In this document: piece after piece, positions 45,083 through 51,418 of the stretch
Position numbering within the stretch: position 1 is the stretch's first letter
How the letters are laid out: each line of letters opens with the position of its first letter
DNA from: a virus
Lineage: Duplodnaviria; Caudoviricetes
Length of the DNA: 51,418 nucleotides
IMG/VR virus record: IMGVR_UViG_3300011416_000014
Span: 1 to 51,418 of that record
Direction: 5' to 3' (one strand)
Translations under genes and position numbers: made by a program
Notes under the pieces: generated by a model
The model's input: only the letters and a program-made list of their open reading frames with translations
Told to the model about the DNA's origin: nothing
The model's database searches: none

Positions 45083-45269
45083 CGTTCGGGTCCTCGTCCG
45101 CGTCCTGCTGGGCAGTCACCGCCGGCTCCCGGTCCCAAAGCATGAGAACGTGCCAGCGCTCGATGCCGAACTCCTCCGCTACAGCGCGCGGGGGCTTGAT
45201 ACCCTCCAGGCTGAGGATCTCTGCTTCCTCGGCCGGTGACAGCACCCGCTGGATTCGATCCCAGTCCAT
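45075..45269 (-). CDS. Small HTH-like protein
   Basis: LS..E..EI......P.RAVAEEFGIERWHV..LW. Confidence 0.6.
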   Translation of the reverse strand: MDWDRIQRVLSPAEEAEILSLEGIKPPRAVAEEFGIERWHVLMLWDREPAVTAQQDADEDPNDD

Positions 45270-45422
45270 TCAGTACCCCAGCCACCGGCGCACGGCCGCC
45301 CAAGTCGGCAGGAGAAGCGTCCAAGAGTCCTCGTCCGTGGTCCGGACGGCGAGTCCCTCCCCGTGCGGCTGGGCTTGGCACCCGTGCAGTCGAACGTGTC
45401 GTGCGAGTCGATCGGTCTTCAT
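45270..45422 (-). CDS. 50-aa protein ending VRRWLGY, probably leaderless (not in the ORF track)
   Basis: Manual translation MKTDRLARHVRLHGC...TWAAVRRWLGY; ATG lies 6 nt downstream of the -10 box; stop abuts the next ATG. Confidence 0.65.
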   Translation of the reverse strand: MKTDRLARHVRLHGCQAQPHGEGLAVRTTDEDSWTLLLPTWAAVRRWLGY

Positions 45423-45428
45423 GTCCGC

Positions 45429-45456
45429 ACCTTACTCCCGATTTTGAGAAACGCAA
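45429..45456 (-). promoter_or_regulatory. Promoter of the HTH/GGDEF operon
   Basis: TTGCGT-N16-TAAGGT, spacer ending GGGAG. Confidence 0.55.
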
Positions 45457-45489
45457 GGATTGTAGGTGTGCCATCTTGTCGTACCCACG

Positions 45490-46119
45490 TCAGTCTGCCG
45501 TATAGGGCTGACCGTCGGGGAGGCACGGCGCCGGCCGCCAGTGAGTCACGCCGTCGAATCGATATCCATCTTCGTGGTCCACCCGCCAATAGAGTGGACT
45601 TTCCGGATCCGGATAAGCCGTCAAGGACGCAAAGACTTGCACGTACCCGCCAGTTACGATGACCGGGTCCGAGGTAAACCACTGCCGCCCGCGTTTCATC
45701 AACGGCAAAGCGTCCTCGACGGCAGTCCATGCGTCCGTGGGCCGAGTCCAGGCGAGCAGTCGTTCGACCGTGTCCGGGAAGACTTCCAGCTCCTTGGCCA
45801 AGTCCTCCAATCCGTCGTCCAGCAAGCCGGCGAAGTACGGGCCGGCGCGGAACGCTTCCTCCGACTCGCACGATACCCGGCCGAGCCAAACATCGCCCGT
45901 TAGGGCTAGGGGGAAACTGGGGCATTCGGCGCGCAAATGCACCCGGCACCAACCCCAGTCCGTGCGTGCGGCAAGCTCTGCAACCTCAAGCTCGGCCGCA
46001 CGTTCCTCCTCCGGGTCGTTCGATGCTAGCACGTTCCCGGCGATCTGAGAAGGCTCGGGATGAGGAACCAGTGTGATGGTCGCATGCGACCGCAGGAACT
46101 CCAGGAGACGGGGATTCAT
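45490..46119 (-). CDS. Hypothetical protein with C-terminal DUF551-like domain
   Basis: C-terminal W.AVEDALP ... VTHWRP.P pattern; ATGA overlap. Confidence 0.65.
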   Translation of the reverse strand: MNPRLLEFLRSHATITLVPHPEPSQIAGNVLASNDPEEERAAELEVAELAARTDWGWCRVHLRAECPSFPLALTGDVWLGRVSCESEEAFRAGPYFAGLLDDGLEDLAKELEVFPDTVERLLAWTRPTDAWTAVEDALPLMKRGRQWFTSDPVIVTGGYVQVFASLTAYPDPESPLYWRVDHEDGYRFDGVTHWRPAPCLPDGQPYTAD

Positions 46120-46325
46120 GGTGCGCGCTCCAATCTCTTCATCCGATCTATCAGCATCGGCGCTTGGCGCCGCACCGTTCGATCTGAAACATCCGCCGAG
46201 AACGCCCCCGTTGGAAGTTCCTCCCGCGACTCCTGGCGTTCTCCGGCAGTAGCAGTGCGGAGTCGTTCGGCAGTATCGTAGGTCAGTAAATCGCCGAATG
46301 CGTCCACGTAGCAAGTCAGTTTCAT
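46116..46325 (-). CDS. Hypothetical protein, 69 aa
   Basis: ATGA overlaps at both ends; SD GAGG. Confidence 0.6.
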   Translation of the reverse strand: MKLTCYVDAFGDLLTYDTAERLRTATAGERQESREELPTGAFSADVSDRTVRRQAPMLIDRMKRLERAP

Positions 46326-46564
46326 GGCGAGTCCTCGGTTAGAGTCACGGCACCCGCGCTGCCGCGCTTGGCCAGCGGGTCCTCAGTGTCGAGTGCCAGG
46401 ATGCCGGCCTTCAGGCACCGGCCGACGATGTCATATCCGTAGCGGAGCGAGCCGTTCGGGCCGACTCGCTCGGCAAGGTACTTGCAACACGGCACCGCGC
46501 CGCCGGCACGCCGAACGATACGAACCGCTTCGCCCATCTTCGGGCCGATCCGTCGGCGTCTCAT
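46322..46564 (-). CDS. Hypothetical protein, 80 aa (possible winged-HTH)
   Basis: ATGA overlaps; LAERVGP...YGY.IV.RC.KAG.L. Confidence 0.6.
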   Translation of the reverse strand: MRRRRIGPKMGEAVRIVRRAGGAVPCCKYLAERVGPNGSLRYGYDIVGRCLKAGILALDTEDPLAKRGSAGAVTLTEDSP

Positions 46565-47013
46565 GCGTCCGTCCCCGAAGTCGTCTCATCGTAGAAGGTC
46601 CGCGCGGAAGGGTAAGCACTCCAGTCCGGTTGATCGCCGCCCGAGCGCAACCAACGGCGCAGAGCGAATGCGTACTCCGTTGCGGTTTCGGTGTTTCCCT
46701 CGGCCAGTGCTTCGGCCATTGCTGCGAGATTGGCGTTTGGATCCATGGTGCGTCCTTTCGTTCTGTCGGGAAAGAAGTCGAGACTATTGCCCCCGCGATT
46801 GTAAGTGTAGATTGCGTTCCGCACTTCGGGTTTGCAGTAGGGGTTCCCGGTCCGATCGCCGGTTGTTGCCCAGTGCAGAAGGATATAGAGCGCTCTGCGC
46901 AGCTCGGCAACCTCCTGCGCCTTCAAGCTGGCGTCCTTCTGAGAAGGCTCGGGATGGGGGACGAGTTTGATGGTCGCACGAGTGCGGAGGAACTCCAGCA
47001 GTCGCGTATTCAT
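46561..47013 (-). CDS. Chimeric 150-aa ORF (three gene fragments fused); internal start at 46746 retained
   Basis: 25 aa homologous to the 46119 gene N-terminus, then a copy of 47348..47539, then AGA in place of TGA, then a copy of 47147..47332. Confidence 0.7.
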   Translation of the reverse strand: MNTRLLEFLRTRATIKLVPHPEPSQKDASLKAQEVAELRRALYILLHWATTGDRTGNPYCKPEVRNAIYTYNRGGNSLDFFPDRTKGRTMDPNANLAAMAEALAEGNTETATEYAFALRRWLRSGGDQPDWSAYPSARTFYDETTSGTDA

Positions 47014-47150
47014 TGGTTCCCCTTGACAAATGACTCGGCCGATTCGCGCGTTCGGAACGTCGCCAGAACTTCCCAGTCCTCGCCCTCTTCCAAGACAACG
47101 TAGAAGAGAGTTCCACTCTCTCCATGCCATGTCACGATTCTGGCGTTCAT
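47010..47150 (-). CDS. 46-aa hypothetical protein (MNARIVTWHG..., not in the ORF track)
   Basis: Manual translation; ATGA overlaps at both ends. Confidence 0.6.
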   Translation of the reverse strand: MNARIVTWHGESGTLFYVVLEEGEDWEVLATFRTRESAESFVKGNQ

Positions 47151-47332
47151 GCGTCCGCTCCTGAAGTAGTTTCATCGTAGAAGGTCCGCGCGGAAGGGTA
47201 AGCAGTCCAGTCCGGTTGATCGCCCCCGCGCCGCAACCAACGGCGCAAGGCCAGTGCGTACTCGGTTGCGGTTTCGGTGTCTTCCTCAGCCAGCGCTTGC
47301 GCGATTGCTGCGAGATTTGCGTTTGGATCCAT
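47147..47332 (-). CDS. Hypothetical protein MDPNANL... (copy 1)
   Basis: SD GAAAGGA; protein sequence conserved in the second copy. Confidence 0.75.
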   Translation of the reverse strand: MDPNANLAAIAQALAEEDTETATEYALALRRWLRRGGDQPDWTAYPSARTFYDETTSGADA

Positions 47333-47347
47333 GATGCGTCCTTTCGT

Positions 47348-47539
47348 TCAGTCGGGAAAGAAGCTGAGGCTATCGCCCCCGCGGTTGTAGGTGCGGATTG
47401 CGTTCCGCACTTCGGGTTTGCAGTACGGGTTCCCTGTCCTGTCGCCTGTCGTTGCCCATTGCAGAAGGATATAGAGCGCTCGGCGGATCTCTGCAATCTC
47501 CTGCGCCTTGAGTCTTGCGTCCATTTCGTACAGGTTCAT
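47348..47539 (-). CDS. Hypothetical protein MNLYEMD... (GNPYCKP motif)
   Basis: ATGA overlap; protein sequence conserved in the duplicate. Confidence 0.7.
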   Translation of the reverse strand: MNLYEMDARLKAQEIAEIRRALYILLQWATTGDRTGNPYCKPEVRNAIRTYNRGGDSLSFFPD

Positions 47540-47901
47540 CGTGCGTCCCCTGAAAGAGTCCCGAGCGCCAGTCGGCGCGCAACGTACTTCAACACGCAGA
47601 CTCGATCCGACAGCGAACTGCTCGGCCGCTTGTGCCAGGGTAGGGACTTGTCGCTGGCGCTCAAGCGCAAGGGTATCTCCGGCCAGTCCCCGAACCTGTA
47701 AAACTGCTCGTCCCTGAAATTGAAAGGTCGGTTCAGCGCTGCGCAGTCCCAACGCGCGAGCGGAAGCGTGTTCAAGTGCTCGTCTCCAGCTTCGAGCGCT
47801 GCGCGGATCCGTTCCACGGGGAACGGAACCAGCTTGGCCAGTGCGTCGAATCCTAGCGCCGCTGCGAGCGCTTCCATGCGCGTTTCGTGTTCCATGTCCA
47901 T
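47536..47901 (-). CDS. Hypothetical early protein, 121 aa
   Basis: SD GAGGG; DEHLNTLPL..WD and SLSDRVCVLK. Confidence 0.7.
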   Translation of the reverse strand: MDMEHETRMEALAAALGFDALAKLVPFPVERIRAALEAGDEHLNTLPLARWDCAALNRPFNFRDEQFYRFGDWPEIPLRLSASDKSLPWHKRPSSSLSDRVCVLKYVARRLALGTLSGDAR

Positions 47902-47937
47902 GGTGCGTCCCTCGAAAGAGTCCCTGGAAACAGTCCC

Positions 47938-48795
47938 TCACACAAGCGCCGGCAATCGGCGCGGGTCGGGGAAGGTCCCTTCGTGTTCCACCCAAAGCGC
48001 CAGCTGGCGCATGTCCTCTGCCAGGAACGCCCACTGCTCGGCCTTGCGCTCTGGAGTGTAGGAATCATGCCAGTCCACGGCCGTCGCAAGGATCCGCGCT
48101 AGGCATGCCTCTGGGTCGTCGATGCTGGGAAGCTCGATCGAGCCCGGAAGTGCCCGCACTTCGGAGCGCTCGGCAACCTGGACTAGACGTTCCAGACGGA
48201 TTCCGCAATCTCCTCCAGTCTCATGATACCAATACTCGTTAGCGCGCTCGGCCAGTGCTAGGAACAGAGTGTAGAGCGGTTCCGCCGGAACTTCGTCTAG
48301 GTCGATGTCGAAGTGTCCACCTAGATCCTTGCGGAAGTCGGATTCAACCGAGTCCTTCCATGCTTCGTCTTCCGCCTCTGTCTCAAGGTTTGAGAGTGCC
48401 TCATCATCGAGGCACGGATAGTTCTCCAGACCTTCCAGGCACTCCCACACTTCCGCGGATGCCCGGAGGTGAATCGCCAGAGCGAACGTACCGTGTCCCC
48501 CGTGAAGTTCGATGACGTAGTCATCGCCGAACCGTTCCAGGAACGTCGCCACGTTCGCTCGCTCAACCTGGCTACCCGAATAGTCGGAGTAGCCTAGATA
48601 GTCCGAAACCCAGTAACGTGCGTCCGAAGGATCGGCTCGGCCGATGTCGGAGTAACCTAAACCTCCGGTCAGCTGGCCGTAATCCGCTCGACACTCAACC
48701 TTGCCAAGATGGCCGTTACTGATTCCTTCTAGGATCTTCCTGGTTCGTTCGGCGCGCAAGTCTCGTGCGTTGGCTCTAGTCGGTTTCATTTGCAA
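47938..48795 (-). CDS. Hypothetical acidic early protein, 285 aa
   Basis: SD AAGGAG; SDYSGS.VERAN and L..YPCLDD motifs. Confidence 0.75.
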   Translation of the reverse strand: MQMKPTRANARDLRAERTRKILEGISNGHLGKVECRADYGQLTGGLGYSDIGRADPSDARYWVSDYLGYSDYSGSQVERANVATFLERFGDDYVIELHGGHGTFALAIHLRASAEVWECLEGLENYPCLDDEALSNLETEAEDEAWKDSVESDFRKDLGGHFDIDLDEVPAEPLYTLFLALAERANEYWYHETGGDCGIRLERLVQVAERSEVRALPGSIELPSIDDPEACLARILATAVDWHDSYTPERKAEQWAFLAEDMRQLALWVEHEGTFPDPRRLPALV

Positions 48796-48920
48796 GGTGC
48801 TCCTTTGTAGCGGTTCCGCCCGCAGTCCGAGCAGAGCGAGAATCGATCGGATTGCGCGTCAAAGAACCGCGCCATGGTGCGGAAGATGGTTTCGAGCAGA
48901 GCGAATGCGCGCAGTTTCAT
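48786..48920 (-). CDS. 44-aa protein with CxxC
   Basis: SD GAGGAG; ATGA overlaps. Confidence 0.5.
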   Translation of the reverse strand: MKLRAFALLETIFRTMARFFDAQSDRFSLCSDCGRNRYKGAPCK

Positions 48921-49135
48921 GCGGGCTCCTCTGGCAAGGTTTGAAAGAAGGCACTTCGTGCGTCCGATAGTTCCTCCTCGGTTCCCGGTTCTCCATCGGA
49001 ACCGTACCATTCGTCCGAGGACTCCCATGCGTCTTCAAACACAGTGGGAGCCATGCCGCGCCAGAGTTTGCCGTAGGCTTCCTGCAAGCTGTCAGCTTCG
49101 ATGTCGATGCACACTACCAACCGGAAGGCTGTCAT
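48917..49135 (-). CDS. Hypothetical acidic protein, 72 aa
   Basis: ATGA overlaps; WESSDEW. Confidence 0.65.
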   Translation of the reverse strand: MTAFRLVVCIDIEADSLQEAYGKLWRGMAPTVFEDAWESSDEWYGSDGEPGTEEELSDARSAFFQTLPEEPA

Positions 49136-49569
49136 GGTGTCGGCGCTCCGATTCGGTCCAGTCCGTGTAGACTGCGGTTCGGGGAAACGAGGATGCCTTC
49201 CTGGAACGGCACGGAAAGACGCTTGCGAGACTTAGCGTCAATGTCGGGATACACGGAACCCGAAGGAAGGAACCCGGGCCGAACGTCTTCCAGGAACCAC
49301 GAACCGCGCTCGACGCGCAAGTAGACTCCCGGCGGAAGGACTCCGCGGATCCGGATTGCCGTTGTGCTGGTCTTCCATCCTCCCGTGTTCAGCTGGAGAG
49401 TGCCGTTTTCGTGCCATCGTGCGACCACGGTAGCATGGTAGCGGATCCCGAACACTACCTGTCCATCGATTGGCAGAGCTTCAAGGTTCGTGTTGTGCGC
49501 GACCTTGCATCGCGAACGACCTTGCAGCATGTCCCGTGCGGAAGTGTAACTCTGCGGATACTTGTTCAT
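49132..49569 (-). CDS. Hypothetical early protein, 145 aa
   Basis: YH.T.V.......L.LNTGGW.T.TT..RI motif; ATGA overlaps. Confidence 0.7.
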   Translation of the reverse strand: MNKYPQSYTSARDMLQGRSRCKVAHNTNLEALPIDGQVVFGIRYHATVVARWHENGTLQLNTGGWKTSTTAIRIRGVLPPGVYLRVERGSWFLEDVRPGFLPSGSVYPDIDAKSRKRLSVPFQEGILVSPNRSLHGLDRIGAPTP

Positions 49570-50174
49570 GCGTCTTCATCCTTGGCCGAGGAGACTCGCA
49601 CCGATACGAAATAGTGCAGCTCCGAGTTTTCGAACATGTCTTCCCTAGCGCTGTCGCGTTCGGATTGGTTGTTGTTCAGTCCTACGGTTCCGGCAAAGTC
49701 ACTGACTAGCACGGCATCGTATGGATCGAGGCATTCCCAATGCCTTCCCGCTTCGATGACGGAAACGCGCATGCCGTACGCTCGTTTCCTGGTTCGGAGG
49801 AGACTCGCAACGTAGTCCCTTGCGCTGTCCTCATCTTCGAAGGACTGCATTTCGTACGCAAGGCCGGAGTATGAGTGTCTCTGAACCGTCCATTTCTCCT
49901 CGGGTAGTTCTGCCTCGATCGATTCGGACACGAAATCCCGGTTGATCTCCTCGGCCGAGCCTAGGTCGGCGCGCAGCTCTGCCAGGAGCGTATCGGGAAA
50001 CTGCCAGTCGTCGCATGCCAGCTGCTCGATTGCATCGTCCAGTGCCTCAGCTGGAGTGCTGCCGATTCCCGTGCCGATCGCTTCGAAGGAAGTGTGAGCA
50101 AGGCCGGCACCTTGAAAGTATTGGGAGTGCTCTACTCCGAAGTCTTCTACTTCCCAACGCTCGACGGTTTTCAT
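49566..50174 (-). CDS. Hypothetical acidic protein, 202 aa
   Basis: G.EHSQYFQG.G and G....EALDDA.EQLA; packed ORF. Confidence 0.7.
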   Translation of the reverse strand: MKTVERWEVEDFGVEHSQYFQGAGLAHTSFEAIGTGIGSTPAEALDDAIEQLACDDWQFPDTLLAELRADLGSAEEINRDFVSESIEAELPEEKWTVQRHSYSGLAYEMQSFEDEDSARDYVASLLRTRKRAYGMRVSVIEAGRHWECLDPYDAVLVSDFAGTVGLNNNQSERDSAREDMFENSELHYFVSVRVSSAKDEDA

Positions 50175-50176
50175 GG

Positions 50177-50386
50177 CTAGATCCTGTAGCTATGTACGAA
50201 AGTAGCGGTTTTGCCGATCCGGTTCGAGGCATACTTCCATGCCGCTTTCCACCATGAATCGAGCGCCGGGTTCTCGGCCTTGTTTTCCGCGATGCTGGCC
50301 AAGATGGTAAGGACTCGGCCGAGTCCTTCCCGATCCACGATGGATTCGAGAACTTCGGCCAATGTGGGTTCCGGTTCGAGTTTCAT
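50177..50386 (-). CDS. Hypothetical protein (MKLEPEPT...)
   Basis: ATGA overlap; SD GGAG. Confidence 0.6.
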   Translation of the reverse strand: MKLEPEPTLAEVLESIVDREGLGRVLTILASIAENKAENPALDSWWKAAWKYASNRIGKTATFVHSYRI

Positions 50387-50595
50387 GCCTTGCGCTCCCA
50401 ACGCTCGACGTTGAAAACATCGAACCATCGGCAAGCAATCACGTACCCTACGTGAACCGTCGAACCGTCTGGCCGATCCCGGTAGACTTTCGAGGCATGC
50501 TTGCGGCCGAGTCTTTCGAGCAGCACCTTACGGGGATACTTGCCTAGGTCGTGTTGGACGTTCCCGTACTGGTCGATTGCCATAGTGGTTTTCAT
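50383..50595 (-). CDS. Hypothetical protein (MKTTMAIDQYG...)
   Basis: ATGA overlap; SD GGAGG. Confidence 0.65.
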   Translation of the reverse strand: MKTTMAIDQYGNVQHDLGKYPRKVLLERLGRKHASKVYRDRPDGSTVHVGYVIACRWFDVFNVERWERKA

Positions 50596-50930
50596 GCGTC
50601 TTCCTCCTCTGGATTCCCGACCAATTCGAAAGCGTCGAGAGTGCGGAACGCAAGGCCGATGCACTCTTGATCGAGAATCCGCGCTAGAGTGCGGGCAACG
50701 TCTCGTGCGTGTTCTCTGGTGCAAAGAGAATCCTCAACGATTGCCTCGATCGTCTTGGAGTGCTCGTGCGTACCGTTCCAGACTCCGATTCCATGCGTCA
50801 GAGTGTGGCAGGGAAAGGCCGAGCAGAGTAGCGCGGTTGCTTCCTTTCCGGCATCGGTGCCCGCGCCAACTGCGGTTCCCTTGCGGGTTGTCTCGCCGAT
50901 GAAGAACCGTATCGAGAGTGCTTGTTTCAT
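50592..50930 (-). CDS. DUF3574/SAM-lyase-like protein (tentative)
   Basis: FP..T.....G.W.G..E.S ... A..L...L.QECI pattern; SD GAAAGGA. Confidence 0.5.
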   Translation of the reverse strand: MKQALSIRFFIGETTRKGTAVGAGTDAGKEATALLCSAFPCHTLTHGIGVWNGTHEHSKTIEAIVEDSLCTREHARDVARTLARILDQECIGLAFRTLDAFELVGNPEEEDA

Positions 50931-51178
50931 GGGAGTAGTCCTTTCGTCGGATTCTCGGCCTTGATCTGTTTCGGCGAGTCTGGATTCCAGGCTGTCCAGC
51001 TTCGGAGGTTTCGTTCCTGAAGTTCCCTTGCGCGTTCCTCCGGCGCTAGTGCGCCATGGTCCGCAGGAGAGTCGTCGCACCAGTACAAACCCCCGTCTAG
51101 CGTAGCGTAGGGGAAGTGTCGGCACTGGCAGACTGGGCAGTAAGGAGTGCCGAGCGGATCCGGTCGGATAGGTAGCAT
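50927..51178 (-). CDS. Hypothetical protein with CPVC/C-H cluster
   Basis: Packed ORF, 83 aa. Confidence 0.55.
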   Translation of the reverse strand: MLPIRPDPLGTPYCPVCQCRHFPYATLDGGLYWCDDSPADHGALAPEERARELQERNLRSWTAWNPDSPKQIKAENPTKGLLP

Positions 51179-51183
51179 CGGAG

Positions 51184-51396
51184 TTAGCTACCTTTCCGCG
51201 CCAGCTGCGCCAATCGTCGTTCCTCTGCCAGGAACGCCAGGAGATAGAGCCTTTGCAACTGCCGTTCTGACTTGCCTGGAGATTGCTCGGCCTTGCGGAT
51301 CCGCTCGGCCAGTGTGAGCAGTGCGTACTCGGCCGCTCTGGCGTCGGCGCGTTCCTTGCGCGCGGCTTTGCGAGACTTCGGTCCGTGATTCTTCAT
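51184..51396 (-). CDS. Hypothetical basic protein, 70 aa
   Basis: SD GAAAGGA; Lys/Arg-rich helical sequence. Confidence 0.65.
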   Translation of the reverse strand: MKNHGPKSRKAARKERADARAAEYALLTLAERIRKAEQSPGKSERQLQRLYLLAFLAEERRLAQLARKGS

Positions 51397-51418
51397 CGGT
51401 GGTTCCTTTCATCGTGCC

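Larger units (their letters stand above)
46044..47013. repeat. 76-bp direct repeat pair (46044-46119 and 46938-47013)
   Basis: Encodes MNPRLLEFLRSHATITLVPHPEPSQ and MNTRLLEFLRTRATIKLVPHPEPSQ; offset 894 bp. Confidence 0.9.
46561..47522. repeat. About 376-bp diverged direct repeat (46561-46936 and 47147-47522)
   Basis: Ungapped alignment at offset 586 bp with scattered mismatches. Confidence 0.95.

Noticed and set aside
46561-47522. Diversity-generating retroelement TR/VR pair
   Set aside because: Mismatches between copies are not adenine-specific (C/T, C/G, G/C changes in the part compared) and no reverse transcriptase is in the window.
1-51418. Stop-codon reassignment or alternative genetic code
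   Set aside because: Core genes are full length under code 11, and TAG, TGA and TAA all end genes at sensible boundaries.
47800-51418. Frequent CTAG sites in the early region
   Set aside because: My rough count (about 17 in 3.6 kb) is close to random expectation, and CTAG also occurs in tail genes; not supportable without computation.
1-51418. Prophage or temperate lifestyle call
   Set aside because: No integrase, repressor, att site or host flank is visible; Leu at PolA position 762 alone is insufficient.

Overview
Nearly the whole window is one high-GC tailed dsDNA phage (siphovirus-like) genome segment. It starts inside a collagen-repeat tail-fibre gene and ends inside the early-gene region. 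Layout: (1) 1-5.2 kb, + strand: tail fibre, small paralogous and membrane genes (SPFH protein, lipoprotein, holin-like), a degenerate TerL-like ATPase, TerL, and a lipoprotein Zn-metalloprotease. (2) 5.3-24.2 kb, - strand: XkdF-like protease/scaffold, decoration protein, lambda-E-like capsid, head-tail genes, tail tube, G/GT chaperones, tape measure and a GTA-like tail tip. (3) 24.4-26.5 kb, + strand: portal and an HK97-gp10-like gene. (4) 26.5-43 kb, - strand: phosphoesterase, RuvC, Fis-HTH, DUF5664, PolA, RNA and DNA ligases, SSB, SF2 helicase, MazG-like, Cas4-like nuclease, separate primase and helicase genes, HD nucleotidase. (5) 43-51.4 kb, - strand: small middle/early genes. The most notable observations are a stand-alone phage GGDEF (diguanylate cyclase-like) gene, an apparently inactive TerL ATPase paralog in the usual TerS position, an early region strongly enriched in a strand-specific GGACGCA motif at gene and duplication junctions, a rearranged morphogenesis module and a candidate SAM lyase. 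No integrase, repressor, tRNA, CRISPR array or clear endolysin was seen. All family calls come from motif recognition by eye; no database search was run.
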